Below, piece after piece: positions 33,470 through 41,857 of a DNA stretch of 43,116 nt. The notes beneath the pieces were generated by a model. That model did no database searches and was not told where the DNA came from. It saw nothing but the letters and a program-made list of their open reading frames with translations. This stretch comes from a virus: the IMG/VR virus record IMGVR_UViG_3300030444_000009. One strand, given 5' to 3'. Position 1 is the stretch's first letter, and the number at the start of each line of letters is the position of its first letter. Position numbers and translations under genes: made by a program.

Positions 33470-33678
33470 AAAAAGGGGATTTCCTGATGAACGGGTTCAA
33501 TAAGTACTGGCGGGAAGCCCGCTGGGACAAGAACCAGCCTGCACGGCTGGCACACATCAAAGAAAAGAGGTCGAAAAAGCATGATGAAGGTCATACAGGG
33601 CAGCTTCCGGCAGATTCCGTACTGGAAACTTCGGGGCAGGTTCCACAGCTGCGGCTACCGCGATCAGGAAGTCGCTAA
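33466..33678 (+). CDS. Possible small basic protein (overlaps the next ORF by 98 nt)
   Basis: ATGA coupling to the upstream stop. Extent uncertain. Confidence 0.25.
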   Translation: MKKGDFLMNGFNKYWREARWDKNQPARLAHIKEKRSKKHDEGHTGQLPADSVLETSGQVPQLRLPRSGSR

Positions 33679-33838
33679 GTATATCGGCATTGGCCGGGAC
33701 ACCATGAGCGGCAGGATGCAGGGGCACAATCCGTGGACAAGCGCAGAGATCACAGCAATGTGTGAACTGCTGGACATCCGACAGGATGAGATCGGGGAAC
33801 TGTTTTTCCCCTCACTTGAGAAAGGAGAATCCGCATGA
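33581..33838 (+). CDS. DUF739/XRE-like small HTH protein
   Basis: YRDQEVAKYIGIGRDTMSGRMQGHNPWTSAEITAMCELLDI. Confidence 0.55.
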   Translation: MMKVIQGSFRQIPYWKLRGRFHSCGYRDQEVAKYIGIGRDTMSGRMQGHNPWTSAEITAMCELLDIRQDEIGELFFPSLEKGESA

Positions 33839-34119
33839 AGATCAAATCCACTACTTACTACTGGCTGGCTGTCATTTTAGGCGGCGTTGGAATGGGCGCA
33901 GCTATGGGTGCAGAGGGCACAGCGCAGACCACCGGATACATCTCCGGCACGCTGTTTTCGGTGTCGCTGGTGCTGATTTTGGCCGCTGTTCTGCTGGCTC
34001 GTATGGGCTTTGCCGCAGAGGACAGGGAGAGAGCCGCAAAGCGGCGCAAGTACGGCAAGATCAACCGCACCCACGCCCGCAACCCGGAGTACCCGGAGAA
34101 TCAGGAGCGTGGGGCATGA
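33835..34119 (+). CDS. Membrane protein (2 TM)
   Basis: YYWLAVILGGVGMGAAMGA and LFSVSLVLILAAVLLA. Confidence 0.55.
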   Translation: MKIKSTTYYWLAVILGGVGMGAAMGAEGTAQTTGYISGTLFSVSLVLILAAVLLARMGFAAEDRERAAKRRKYGKINRTHARNPEYPENQERGA

Positions 34120-34325
34120 TGACGGCCAAAGAGTACGTTGAGGGCAAAGTAAAGTCCTACACGCGGCTTGCCGAACGTTGCAGGCGAGAAGCCGAAGCCT
34201 CAGATGACATTGTTGTCCGGGCTGGATACTCCGCACGAGCAAACGTCTGGGAGATGTGCGCCGAAGAAATGGACAACGTGCGGGAGATGCTGCAAGAGGA
34301 ATCTGAGGAGATCACGTATGCCTGA
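34116..34325 (+). CDS. Hypothetical small acidic protein (69 aa)
   Basis: ATGA coupling; MMTAKEYVEGKVKSYTRLAERCRREAE... Confidence 0.5.
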   Translation: MMTAKEYVEGKVKSYTRLAERCRREAEASDDIVVRAGYSARANVWEMCAEEMDNVREMLQEESEEITYA

Positions 34326-34605
34326 CACTGTCCACCATGTCATGTGGTACACCGTGTACGATGCAAAAACTGGCAATCTTCTTACATCCGGCACATCTGA
34401 TATGTGCGCCCGGCGTCTTGGCTATAAAAGTGCAAACAGTTTTGCATCCTCGGTTTATCATTGCCGCAAGAAAAAGAGAAAGCCGCACAAGTATTCCTTT
34501 TTTCAAGAAGTCATAAAGCGCGATGAGGTGGACAGTCTGCCGCCGATACGCCGCAAAAAAAGAAGAGCCTGCCCGTGCGCCAACACGGACAAGCCAAAAG
34601 GGTGA
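34318..34605 (+). CDS. Hypothetical basic protein (95 aa)
   Basis: ATG 34318 overlaps the previous stop; Lys/Arg-rich C-terminus. Confidence 0.5.
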   Translation: MPDTVHHVMWYTVYDAKTGNLLTSGTSDMCARRLGYKSANSFASSVYHCRKKKRKPHKYSFFQEVIKRDEVDSLPPIRRKKRRACPCANTDKPKG

Positions 34606-34669
34606 TGAGTCTATCCGCCCATCACCACAAAAATACCACAACGTGCGGCAAACCGCAAGGAGGTAAAAC

Positions 34670-34750
34670 GTGAAAACCTTAATTTTTATCGTTCTGTGCG
34701 CAAACCTTGGGTACATCGCCCTTGGCTGGCGGCACAATAACAGGAGGTGA
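34670..34750 (+). CDS. Tiny hydrophobic peptide (26 aa)
   Basis: GTG 6 nt after AAGGAGG; VKTLIFIVLCANLGYIALGWRHNNRR. Confidence 0.3.
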   Translation: MKTLIFIVLCANLGYIALGWRHNNRR

Positions 34751-34754
34751 GCGG

Positions 34755-34931
34755 ATGGCGCTTTTAAAGGTCTATGATGTTACCAAAAAGCAGCCGGATG
34801 ACCTTGTTTCATCGCAGAATATCGCAGACGTTTCGGACGCGATCATCATTGCTGACGAACTTGTAAAGCGAGAGCCCGCCTATTTGTACAAGGTATTTGA
34901 TTCCAGCATGAATGTTGTTTATATGAGGTGA
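34755..34931 (+). CDS. Hypothetical small protein (58 aa)
   Basis: ATG after CAGGAGGTGA. Confidence 0.5.
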   Translation: MALLKVYDVTKKQPDDLVSSQNIADVSDAIIIADELVKREPAYLYKVFDSSMNVVYMR

Positions 34932-34937
34932 ATTTTT

Positions 34938-35564
34938 ATGCAAAGCGATTCACAAAAGCGCCTTGCAAGGCGTGCCAATATCAAGGAACTTTCCAACAAG
35001 GCCGAGGGCATCTATTACTACATCAAGCCGCAAAATATGCTGTTCAGGCTTATCAGTGCTGGCAATGAACTTGCCAGCTCAATCAACGGCGCAGTGGCAT
35101 ATTTCACACATTTTGCACAGAACGGCAGTATGGATGACACCGCGAGCCGCGAGGTCATAGACCGCATCTATCGCAAGGTGGGCAACATGATGTGCGATAT
35201 CGACATCATCCACGCTGCAGGCGGTGCAGAAATCATGCCTGAACCGTATGAAAGCATAGATTTTTGTTACATGATTGAGTTCCGCACCCTTCTGCGGGAA
35301 GCAGTTATCAATGGTCTTCCGGATGATTACAAAGGCGTGCAGCAGAACCCGACACAGATCAGCCTCATAAAGCCGAGCGTTGCGTACAATGTCGCAATCC
35401 CGGACGAGTATGATGACCCGTTTTTTGACCAGTTTGTCCGCAAAGAAGAGCAGCGAGACCGGAAAATCGTATTCCGGTGCACAAAGTCAGAGCTTGACGC
35501 TATCAAGCGTTATGCACATATCATCGATGTAAAATACACTGAGGAGGAGATCCATCATGCCTGA
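34938..35564 (+). CDS. Hypothetical protein (208 aa)
   Basis: Long ORF in the early operon; no motif recognised. Confidence 0.6.
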   Translation: MQSDSQKRLARRANIKELSNKAEGIYYYIKPQNMLFRLISAGNELASSINGAVAYFTHFAQNGSMDDTASREVIDRIYRKVGNMMCDIDIIHAAGGAEIMPEPYESIDFCYMIEFRTLLREAVINGLPDDYKGVQQNPTQISLIKPSVAYNVAIPDEYDDPFFDQFVRKEEQRDRKIVFRCTKSELDAIKRYAHIIDVKYTEEEIHHA

Positions 35565-36249
35565 GACCAAAATCGAAAAGACCCCTGTTGAGCAGCTTCA
35601 GAAGCCCGCAGCGCCCGCCGAACCCCTTACTCCTGTCAATCCCCCTGCCGCTCCCGCACAGCGCGCCCTCTCCTACGCCGAGAAAGTGCAGGGTTTGACC
35701 ACAGACGAACGCATCTGGCAGTTGGCAAAATCTAAGGCCGTTGCACTGTCCAATCTGCCGGACGGCTGGCTGCCCAAGACCTACGCGGGAAACGTTGGTG
35801 CCTGCGCCATTGCCTGCGATATGGCACAGCGCATGGGCACCACCGAACTGTTTGTGATGCAGAACCTTTACGTCGTCTACGGCCAGCCCACTTGGAGCGG
35901 CAAAAGCTGCAAAGCACTTATCGACAACAGCGGACAGTTTGCAGGGCGTTCCCGCTATCGCATGGAAGGTCAAGAGGGCACGGACGCATGGGGCTGCCGC
36001 CTGATCGCCGTGGACAAGCTGACCGGCGAAAAGGTAGAAGGGCCGAAGGTCACGGTGCAGATGGCAAAGGATGCAGGATGGTGGAACAAAAACGGCAGCT
36101 ACTGGCCGAAGATGACCGAGATGATGCTCAAGTACCGCGCCGCCGCATATTTTGCCCGCGCTGAGTGCCCGGAAGTGCTGATGGGCGCAAACATCGACTA
36201 CGAGGCAGGAGTTGGCGACAGCGCAGAGGAGGAACCGAAACATGCTTAA
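35557..36249 (+). CDS. recT: RecT-like single-strand annealing protein
   Basis: VMQNLYVVYGQPTWSGKSCKALIDNSG and WPKMTEMMLKYRAAAYFARAECPEVLMG resemble the RecT-family core. Adjacent to SSB. Confidence 0.6.
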   Translation: MPETKIEKTPVEQLQKPAAPAEPLTPVNPPAAPAQRALSYAEKVQGLTTDERIWQLAKSKAVALSNLPDGWLPKTYAGNVGACAIACDMAQRMGTTELFVMQNLYVVYGQPTWSGKSCKALIDNSGQFAGRSRYRMEGQEGTDAWGCRLIAVDKLTGEKVEGPKVTVQMAKDAGWWNKNGSYWPKMTEMMLKYRAAAYFARAECPEVLMGANIDYEAGVGDSAEEEPKHA

Positions 36250-36715
36250 CGTTGTAGCAATCATGGGTCGCCTTGTGGCAGACCCGGAACTCCGCACCAC
36301 CACGAATGGCGCCAACGTGTGTACCTTCCGCATTGCCTGCGAGCGCAGCTATACCCCGAAAGGCCAGCAGCGTCAGGCTGATTTTGTGGATATCGTGGCA
36401 TGGGGCAAGACCGCCGAATTTATCTGCAAGTTCTTCCAGAGGGGCAGCATGATCGCCATTGATGGCAGCCTGCAGACCCGGAATTATCAGGACAAGCAGG
36501 GCAACAAGCGCACGGCGGTGGAGGTTCTGGCAAACAATATCAGCTTTGCAGGCGCAAAGGCGGCAGATAAGCCCGCTGCACGCGATTTTGACCAGCAGAC
36601 GCAAACTTACACCCACGAAGCAAAAACCGCACAGAGCGCCCCGCAGCCCGCCCAAACGCAGGGCAGCATGGACGACTTTTCCGTGATCTCGGACACCGAC
36701 GACCTACCGTTCTGA
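36242..36715 (+). CDS. ssb: Single-stranded DNA-binding protein
   Basis: MLNVVAIMGRLVADPELRTTTNGANVCTFRIA OB-fold start, Gln/Ala-rich linker, acidic tip DDLPF. Confidence 0.9.
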   Translation: MLNVVAIMGRLVADPELRTTTNGANVCTFRIACERSYTPKGQQRQADFVDIVAWGKTAEFICKFFQRGSMIAIDGSLQTRNYQDKQGNKRTAVEVLANNISFAGAKAADKPAARDFDQQTQTYTHEAKTAQSAPQPAQTQGSMDDFSVISDTDDLPF

Positions 36716-36717
36716 TT

Positions 36718-36966
36718 ATGGGTAAAACCGATTTATTCGCAGAGCGGCTGAAAGAGCTGCGCAAACTAAGTGGTGATTCCCAAAGAAAACTTGGGAAAAA
36801 GCTTTTTGTTTCGCAGGTCACCGTTTCCTGTTATGAGCATGGGCGAGCAAGACCGAGTTTTGAAACGTTGGTGGCTATATGCAAACTATACGGAACATCA
36901 TCCGACTACTTGCTTGGGTTGACAGATGATGACCCATCCGACGAGTTCAGAAAGAACCGGCATTGA
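36718..36966 (+). CDS. XRE-family HTH protein
   Basis: FAERLKELRKLSGDSQRKLGKKLFVSQVTVSCYEHGRARPS. Confidence 0.7.
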   Translation: MGKTDLFAERLKELRKLSGDSQRKLGKKLFVSQVTVSCYEHGRARPSFETLVAICKLYGTSSDYLLGLTDDDPSDEFRKNRH

Positions 36967-36998
36967 CATAAACAAAAACTAAGGAGGAAATGCAAACA

Positions 36999-37934
36999 AT
37001 GAGCGTAAAAGGATATAAAGTTTTTAATTCTGACTGGACGTGTCACGGCAAACAGTATTCTTGCCCGGGAATCTTTGAAGAATTTGTAAGTCCGTCTGTC
37101 TGCAATGTGGGTATGCACTTCTGCAAGAATGCTGCCGACTGTTTCCGTTACTATGATTTTGACCCGAACAACCACGTTGCTGAAGTGATCGCCCACGGCA
37201 CGGTTGTAGAGGGCGAGAATAAGTGTGCAACGAACAAGTTGGAAATCGTGCGGGAAATCCCTTGGGCTGAAGTCCTTGAGGTTGTGAACACGGGAAAGGA
37301 TTGCACTGGACGTTGCAACAGCGGCAACTGGAATAGCGGCAACTGGAACAGCGGCGACTGGAACAGCGGCGACTGGAACAGCGGCAACAGGAACAGCGGC
37401 GACTGGAACAGTGGCAACAGGAACAGCGGCAACTGCAACAGCGGCGACAGGAACAGCGGCAACTGGAACAGCGGCAACAGGAACAGCGGCGACTGGAACA
37501 GTGGCAACAGCAACAGCGGCAACTGCAACAGCGGCGACAGGAACAGCGGCAACTGCAACAGCGGCGACTGGAACGCTACATCCTTTTCCAATGGCTGTTT
37601 CAATACGGTATCGCCCAAAATCTATATGTTCAACAAGCCTACCGACTGGACGTTTGAGCGGTGGTTTAACTGCCGTGCCCGGCGTTTGCTGAGCGATATT
37701 GACGATTGCCAGCTTGAATACGTTTATCTGTCTGATATGACCGATGAAGAAAAGGCAGCGCACCCTGAAGCTGAAACGACTGGCGGTTATTTGAAGGAGC
37801 GCACCACAGCGGACAACGCCCGGAAGTGGTGGGCGGGGCTTAGTGCCGATGATCGAAACGTTATACTCAGTTTGCCGAACTTCGACGCGGCGATTTTCAA
37901 GGAAATCACGGGGATTGACGTAAGCAACGGCTGA
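36999..37934 (+). CDS. DUF7666-like N-terminal domain protein with an NSG(N/D)(W/R/C/S) pentapeptide repeat array
   Basis: N-terminus GYKVFNSDWTCHGKQYSCPG...GMHFC pattern, then 17 pentapeptide units encoded by a 15-bp tandem repeat. Confidence 0.7.
   Translation: MSVKGYKVFNSDWTCHGKQYSCPGIFEEFVSPSVCNVGMHFCKNAADCFRYYDFDPNNHVAEVIAHGTVVEGENKCATNKLEIVREIPWAEVLEVVNTGKDCTGRCNSGNWNSGNWNSGDWNSGDWNSGNRNSGDWNSGNRNSGNCNSGDRNSGNWNSGNRNSGDWNSGNSNSGNCNSGDRNSGNCNSGDWNATSFSNGCFNTVSPKIYMFNKPTDWTFERWFNCRARRLLSDIDDCQLEYVYLSDMTDEEKAAHPEAETTGGYLKERTTADNARKWWAGLSADDRNVILSLPNFDAAIFKEITGIDVSNG
37317..37571 (+). repeat. 17 tandem copies of a 15-bp unit (AACAGCGGCRACWGS)
   Basis: Counted directly. A 90-bp (6-unit) higher-order duplication matches 37391-37470 to 37481-37560 at 78/80. 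Confidence 0.95.
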
Positions 37935-37994
37935 TACACTTCAAGAGCTGCGCTATCTGGCTATACGGGCGTGCGGAAGTGGGCAACCGTTCCG

Positions 37995-38026
37995 GCAAGT
38001 TACCAGCAAGTTACCGGCAAGTTAAA
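37995..38026 (+). repeat. Three GCAAGTTA(CC) direct repeats phased at 11 bp
   Basis: GCAAGTTACCA GCAAGTTACCG GCAAGTTAAAA immediately upstream of the DnaD-like gene. Confidence 0.8.
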
Positions 38027-38051
38027 ATCAAAAAGCGTGAGGGGGTGAATT

Positions 38052-38831
38052 ATGGCAGAGAAAAAACGCAGCAGTTTTATTCTGCTGCTGGAACACATCC
38101 ATACGATGGAAGAACTGACCGATGAGGAATTTGGCCAATTTGTCCGCGCCTATGCAGCGTATGTGGAAACCGGAGCAGACCCGGAGTTTTCAGACCGTTC
38201 CATGCGGATGATGTGGAAAACCGTGAAAGCGTTCGACAAGATGAACACGCAGAAATACTCTAGCACATCGGAAGCACGCTCAGAAGCCGGAAAACGTGGA
38301 ATGAAAAGTCGATGGGGCGCAAAATCAGAAGATAGCAAAGAGAAAAAGGTTATAACAAACGATAACAAAAATAGCAAATGTTATTTTGTTAATAACAAAA
38401 ATAACTTATCTGTATCTGATTCTGTATCTGATTCTGTATCTGTTATACCACCTATCGGTGGTATAGAAAGAGACGTTCCCGCTGCCGTGGACATGGAACT
38501 GTCAAAAATCGTCCAGCATTATCAGCAAACCATCGGAGACTTCCCACGTTCTGCTCTGGATAAGCTGCAAAAGTGGCGGCAGGAGTATAGCACAGAAATG
38601 ATCCTGCTGGCCATCGACAAAGCCGCAGAAGCTGGGAAGAGGTCATGGAACTACATAAACGGCATTCTTTCCGGGTGGCAGCGGGATGGCATTCAAACGC
38701 CGGTGGACGTTTTGGCAAACGAACAAAGCCGACAAGCCAGACCGAGAGGCAAGCAACCAACCGAAACCGTAGACGACCAGCTTGCCCGGGTACTGGCAAA
38801 AATGGATCGAGAAAGAGGGTTTGAGACATGA
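38052..38831 (+). CDS. Replisome organiser (DnaD-domain protein)
   Basis: C-terminal half ...LQKWRQEYSTEMILLAIDKAAEAGKRSWNYINGILSGWQRDGIQT fits the DnaD/DnaB_2 pattern. An internal AT-rich repeat block is present. Confidence 0.7.
   Translation: MAEKKRSSFILLLEHIHTMEELTDEEFGQFVRAYAAYVETGADPEFSDRSMRMMWKTVKAFDKMNTQKYSSTSEARSEAGKRGMKSRWGAKSEDSKEKKVITNDNKNSKCYFVNNKNNLSVSDSVSDSVSVIPPIGGIERDVPAAVDMELSKIVQHYQQTIGDFPRSALDKLQKWRQEYSTEMILLAIDKAAEAGKRSWNYINGILSGWQRDGIQTPVDVLANEQSRQARPRGKQPTETVDDQLARVLAKMDRERGFET
38340..38465 (+). repeat. Origin-like block inside the organiser gene: AT-rich ATAACAAAAATA repeats, 3 x 12-bp TCTGTATCTGAT, and the palindrome TATACCACC-TATC-GGTGGTATA
   Basis: Read directly: 12-bp units at 38409, 38421 and 38433; palindrome at 38444-38465. 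Confidence 0.6.
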
Positions 38832-39403
38832 CACGGGAGGACGTGGCAAAGCTGATCCGAATGAATTTCACGCTGTATAAGCTTGGTGCAAAGCCTCTGA
38901 CCGACGAGGAGATGGAAACCACCATTGACGTGTGGGCTTACCAGTTTGGCGATTATGACGGCGATACTGTCAAGAGGGCTTTTCTGGCTGCAAACCGGGT
39001 GTGCGTCTACCCTATCACGGTAGCTGACATCTTTAAGCAGCTTTCCCAGAGCCTTGACCCAGAAGCAGAGTGGGACGCGCTGGCCGATGCAGCCCGCAAG
39101 GCACAGAAATACATGAGCTGGAAAAACTTTCCGATGGTGACCGGCATTGACGAGAAGGGCGGGCTTATCCGTAGCGATGGCACGGAAGAGCTGCAAGTGC
39201 TGTACGACAGCCTCCCACCGGCGGCCAGAACTTACGCCGGGAGCGTGGGCGGCCTGAAGGAGCTGGCCATGACCCCGGACCTGACCTATCGCCGGGTCGA
39301 GTTTCTGAAGCAGTCGCGGGAGGACATTACGACCGCGCCCCGGGAAGCTGCTCGTCTGCGCAGCGGACCGGAACCGACGAGACTGGAGGCTGCAAATGAG
39401 TGA
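38828..39403 (+). CDS. G39P-like helicase loader/inhibitor domain protein
   Basis: N-terminus ...TIDVWAYQFGDYDGDTVKRAFLAANRVCVYPITVADIFKQL matches the SPP1 G39P-type pattern. ATGA coupling. Confidence 0.5.
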   Translation: MTREDVAKLIRMNFTLYKLGAKPLTDEEMETTIDVWAYQFGDYDGDTVKRAFLAANRVCVYPITVADIFKQLSQSLDPEAEWDALADAARKAQKYMSWKNFPMVTGIDEKGGLIRSDGTEELQVLYDSLPPAARTYAGSVGGLKELAMTPDLTYRRVEFLKQSREDITTAPREAARLRSGPEPTRLEAANE

Positions 39404-39776
39404 TGTCAAGAAACCAATCCGTCTGGTCGATGTTGGCGAGCTGGAAGCTGATCTGAAGAAGGACCTCGCCGAAGAAGAGGCCAAGGGCAAGGCCGCCGAC
39501 ACCCTGTTCTGTGAAAGCATCAGCGATGCGCTGAGCGACCTGAGCAATCTGCCTACCATCGACCCAGAGAGCTTGCGCGGTCATGCCAAGTGGGTGAAGG
39601 ACAAGGAATTGAAGTTTATCATCGTCGATGATGAAGACAACAGTCACGAGGAACCGGCAATTTGCTGTACCCATTGCAAGGCCAAGATTTCGCAAAGCGA
39701 TTTCGACAGTTGGGTCTGGAACTTCTGCCCGGTCTGCGGGTTCAAAATGGAGGATGCGACAAATGGCGATGATTGA
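39396..39776 (+). CDS. Hypothetical protein with C-terminal zinc ribbon
   Basis: CCTHCKAKI...CPVCGFKM. Confidence 0.55.
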   Translation: MSDVKKPIRLVDVGELEADLKKDLAEEEAKGKAADTLFCESISDALSDLSNLPTIDPESLRGHAKWVKDKELKFIIVDDEDNSHEEPAICCTHCKAKISQSDFDSWVWNFCPVCGFKMEDATNGDD

Positions 39777-40236
39777 CCGTGAAAAAGCCATCGCAAACAT
39801 CAAAGCGGCATATTGCGGTGGCTGCGAACATTACAACGGCGTAAGATGCCGCGCGTGTCAGATTATGGACGCGATGGATGTGCTGGAAGATGCCCCGGAA
39901 GTCGTCCCGGATGCCCAGCGCTGGCGCAATCCTGAAACCGACCCGCCGAAGGTTGAAACCGAAGTACTGGTGCTGGTTGACTGTGGGAAAGGATACTGCA
40001 TCACAACGGCCTTTTATGAGGACGGAACTGTTTCTCAGTACGAAAGCCTCTGGCAGTGGGAAGATGTTGATGATTACGGCATTTATGACGAAGAAGATGA
40101 TTTGTATAGGCTCCCGAAAGGCTGGTGGGAATACCGCCACTTTACACCAGAAGATACACTGGAATGTCCGATAGATAAGCCGGTCGTAGGCTGGATGCCG
40201 CTTCCGGAGAAGCTGAAAAAGGAGGGCGTGGCATGA
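39763..40236 (+). CDS. DUF551-like protein
   Basis: WRNPETDPPKVETEVLVLV...PVVGWMPLPE pattern; N-terminal Cys cluster. Confidence 0.5.
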   Translation: MAMIDREKAIANIKAAYCGGCEHYNGVRCRACQIMDAMDVLEDAPEVVPDAQRWRNPETDPPKVETEVLVLVDCGKGYCITTAFYEDGTVSQYESLWQWEDVDDYGIYDEEDDLYRLPKGWWEYRHFTPEDTLECPIDKPVVGWMPLPEKLKKEGVA

Positions 40237-40457
40237 GCAATGACAACATGAGCCGGAACGCCGAGCATTATGCTGACCCGACCCCTGCCGCAGCTATGCG
40301 CAACATCTGCCGGGACGAGTACCAGAAGGAAGCCGCCCGGCTTGACAAAATCGGAGACATCGTTCCCCTGCTGCGCCAGATGGCCGACATCGCAGGGTTC
40401 GAGATCATAGGCCGCATCCCGCTGAGGGACAAGGCCACCGGAAAGGAGTATCGGTAA
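40233..40457 (+). CDS. Hypothetical small protein (74 aa)
   Basis: ATGA coupling; AEHYADPTPAAAMRN. Confidence 0.5.
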   Translation: MSNDNMSRNAEHYADPTPAAAMRNICRDEYQKEAARLDKIGDIVPLLRQMADIAGFEIIGRIPLRDKATGKEYR

Positions 40458-40458
40458 A

Positions 40459-40932
40459 ATGACGCAGAGAGAGATTCAGGAAAACCTCATTCGCACCGTT
40501 CGCGATATGCTGCTCACCTCCTGCGAGAAGATGGGCGCTCAGAGCATCGAACATTGCTGGACGCGGCACGATGGCACGGAGGTAAAGCTGGCCCTTTCCA
40601 TTCACCCGGCTGGTGAGAAGGAAGAAAAGCCGGAGGATGAGCTGTACACCTATGCGAGAGCTGCTGTCCAGAAATTCGGCATGAACAAGCAGGTCGATAT
40701 GGCTATCGAGGAGATGTCCGAGCTTACCAAAGCACTGCTCAAGCACCGCCGGGCGTCGGATTGCGCGACTACTGTAAAGAGCGGCGACAACATCCGTGAA
40801 GAGATGGAAGATGTCAGAATAATGCTGGCCCAGCTCGACTGCATCTATGGCCGTAGTCCTCAGTGGGCCGAAAAGAAGCTGGCCCACCTCAAGGAGCTGG
40901 TCAAGGGCGAGGAAGGTGATGGAGATGTCTGA
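40459..40932 (+). CDS. Possible MazG-like all-alpha NTP pyrophosphohydrolase
   Basis: MAIEEMSELTKALLKHRR...IREEMEDVRIMLAQL resembles the EExxE...ExxD pattern. Confidence 0.35.
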   Translation: MTQREIQENLIRTVRDMLLTSCEKMGAQSIEHCWTRHDGTEVKLALSIHPAGEKEEKPEDELYTYARAAVQKFGMNKQVDMAIEEMSELTKALLKHRRASDCATTVKSGDNIREEMEDVRIMLAQLDCIYGRSPQWAEKKLAHLKELVKGEEGDGDV

Positions 40933-41089
40933 GCATTTCAAAATTGATTGTAACCTCGTGGAGGACCGGAAAGCGTTGGTCGTCGTCCTGTCGATGAACG
41001 GCTACACCGTCCGCATGGGCAAGGAAAAGCGCAGCGGAAAATCCACTTTGACCTATTTCGTGGAGTATTGGAGGGCTGACGATGAATGA
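40925..41089 (+). CDS. Hypothetical small protein (54 aa)
   Basis: ATG after GAGGAAGGTG; the upstream part of the track ORF is implausible. Confidence 0.4.
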   Translation: MSEHFKIDCNLVEDRKALVVVLSMNGYTVRMGKEKRSGKSTLTYFVEYWRADDE

Positions 41090-41276
41090 TCAAGCGAAAT
41101 CTAACCCTGAAACCGACACTATGAGTCCGGAGGAAATGGCCCGTTATTTGATGGGGTTTTGCCGTTGCTATTTGGCGACAGGAAATGGTTGCCCAGGTTG
41201 CCCATTCGATAAGCCGACCAGTAACGATGGCGATGGAGAATGCCGTCTCGGTGTTCCTTCCGACTGGGACTTTTGA
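41082..41276 (+). CDS. Small Cys-rich protein (64 aa)
   Basis: CRCYLATGNGCPGCPF...GECR. Confidence 0.5.
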   Translation: MNDQAKSNPETDTMSPEEMARYLMGFCRCYLATGNGCPGCPFDKPTSNDGDGECRLGVPSDWDF

Positions 41277-41293
41277 GGAGGAGGAATTGAGCA

Positions 41294-41857
41294 ATGAATA
41301 ACCGAAGAACGGCGGCTAGCATTCGCCGCAGCTATACCGGTGCCCGAAGCCGCGCGGAAGGTGCAGGTTTTGAGGCCATTATCAGCTCCGCTTGCGACTA
41401 CTACCGCGCAATCGGGCGGGCAGACATCGAGAAAACCCCGGAGCCAATGAAGCCCCTCGGTGGTGCAGATCGCTCCGGCAGATTCATCGCCTGCTACACC
41501 AAGCAGGCCCAGCCAGACTACAAAGGCGTTCTCTCAGGCGGAAGAGCGGTCGTTTTCGAGGCGAAGCACACCGACACCGGTCGTTTGTTGTACGACCGCG
41601 TATCAGCCGAGCAAGCCGCCTGTTTGCGCCGGATATCGCAGCTGGGCGGTATCGCGTTCGTTCTGTGCTCGTTCAATGGCCGGGAGTTCTACCGCATTCC
41701 GTGGCCGATCTGGGAGGACATGAAGAACGTATTTGGCCGGAAGTACATCACCCCGGCGGATTTGGCAGAGTACCGTATCCGCGTTGCGGTGCCCGGAGTG
41801 TTGCTATTTTTGGAGGGAGTAAAGGAGAAAAAAGATGGCTCGAAGATGGACACCTGA
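41294..41857 (+). CDS. recU: RecU-like Holliday junction resolvase
   Basis: GAGFEAIISSACDYYR...PDYKGVLSGGRAVVFEAKHT...EQAACLRRISQLGGIAFVL matches the RecU pattern. Confidence 0.65.
   Translation: MNNRRTAASIRRSYTGARSRAEGAGFEAIISSACDYYRAIGRADIEKTPEPMKPLGGADRSGRFIACYTKQAQPDYKGVLSGGRAVVFEAKHTDTGRLLYDRVSAEQAACLRRISQLGGIAFVLCSFNGREFYRIPWPIWEDMKNVFGRKYITPADLAEYRIRVAVPGVLLFLEGVKEKKDGSKMDT

Noticed and set aside
37151-37763. Long alternative-frame and antisense ORFs across the 15-bp repeat (the VAAVPVAAV... and LFQSPLF... products), and the possibility of a CRISPR array
   Set aside because: Any 15-bp in-phase repeat keeps all frames open. Only the NSGxW frame is continuous with conserved flanking domains. 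It is not CRISPR because the units are contiguous, with no spacers.
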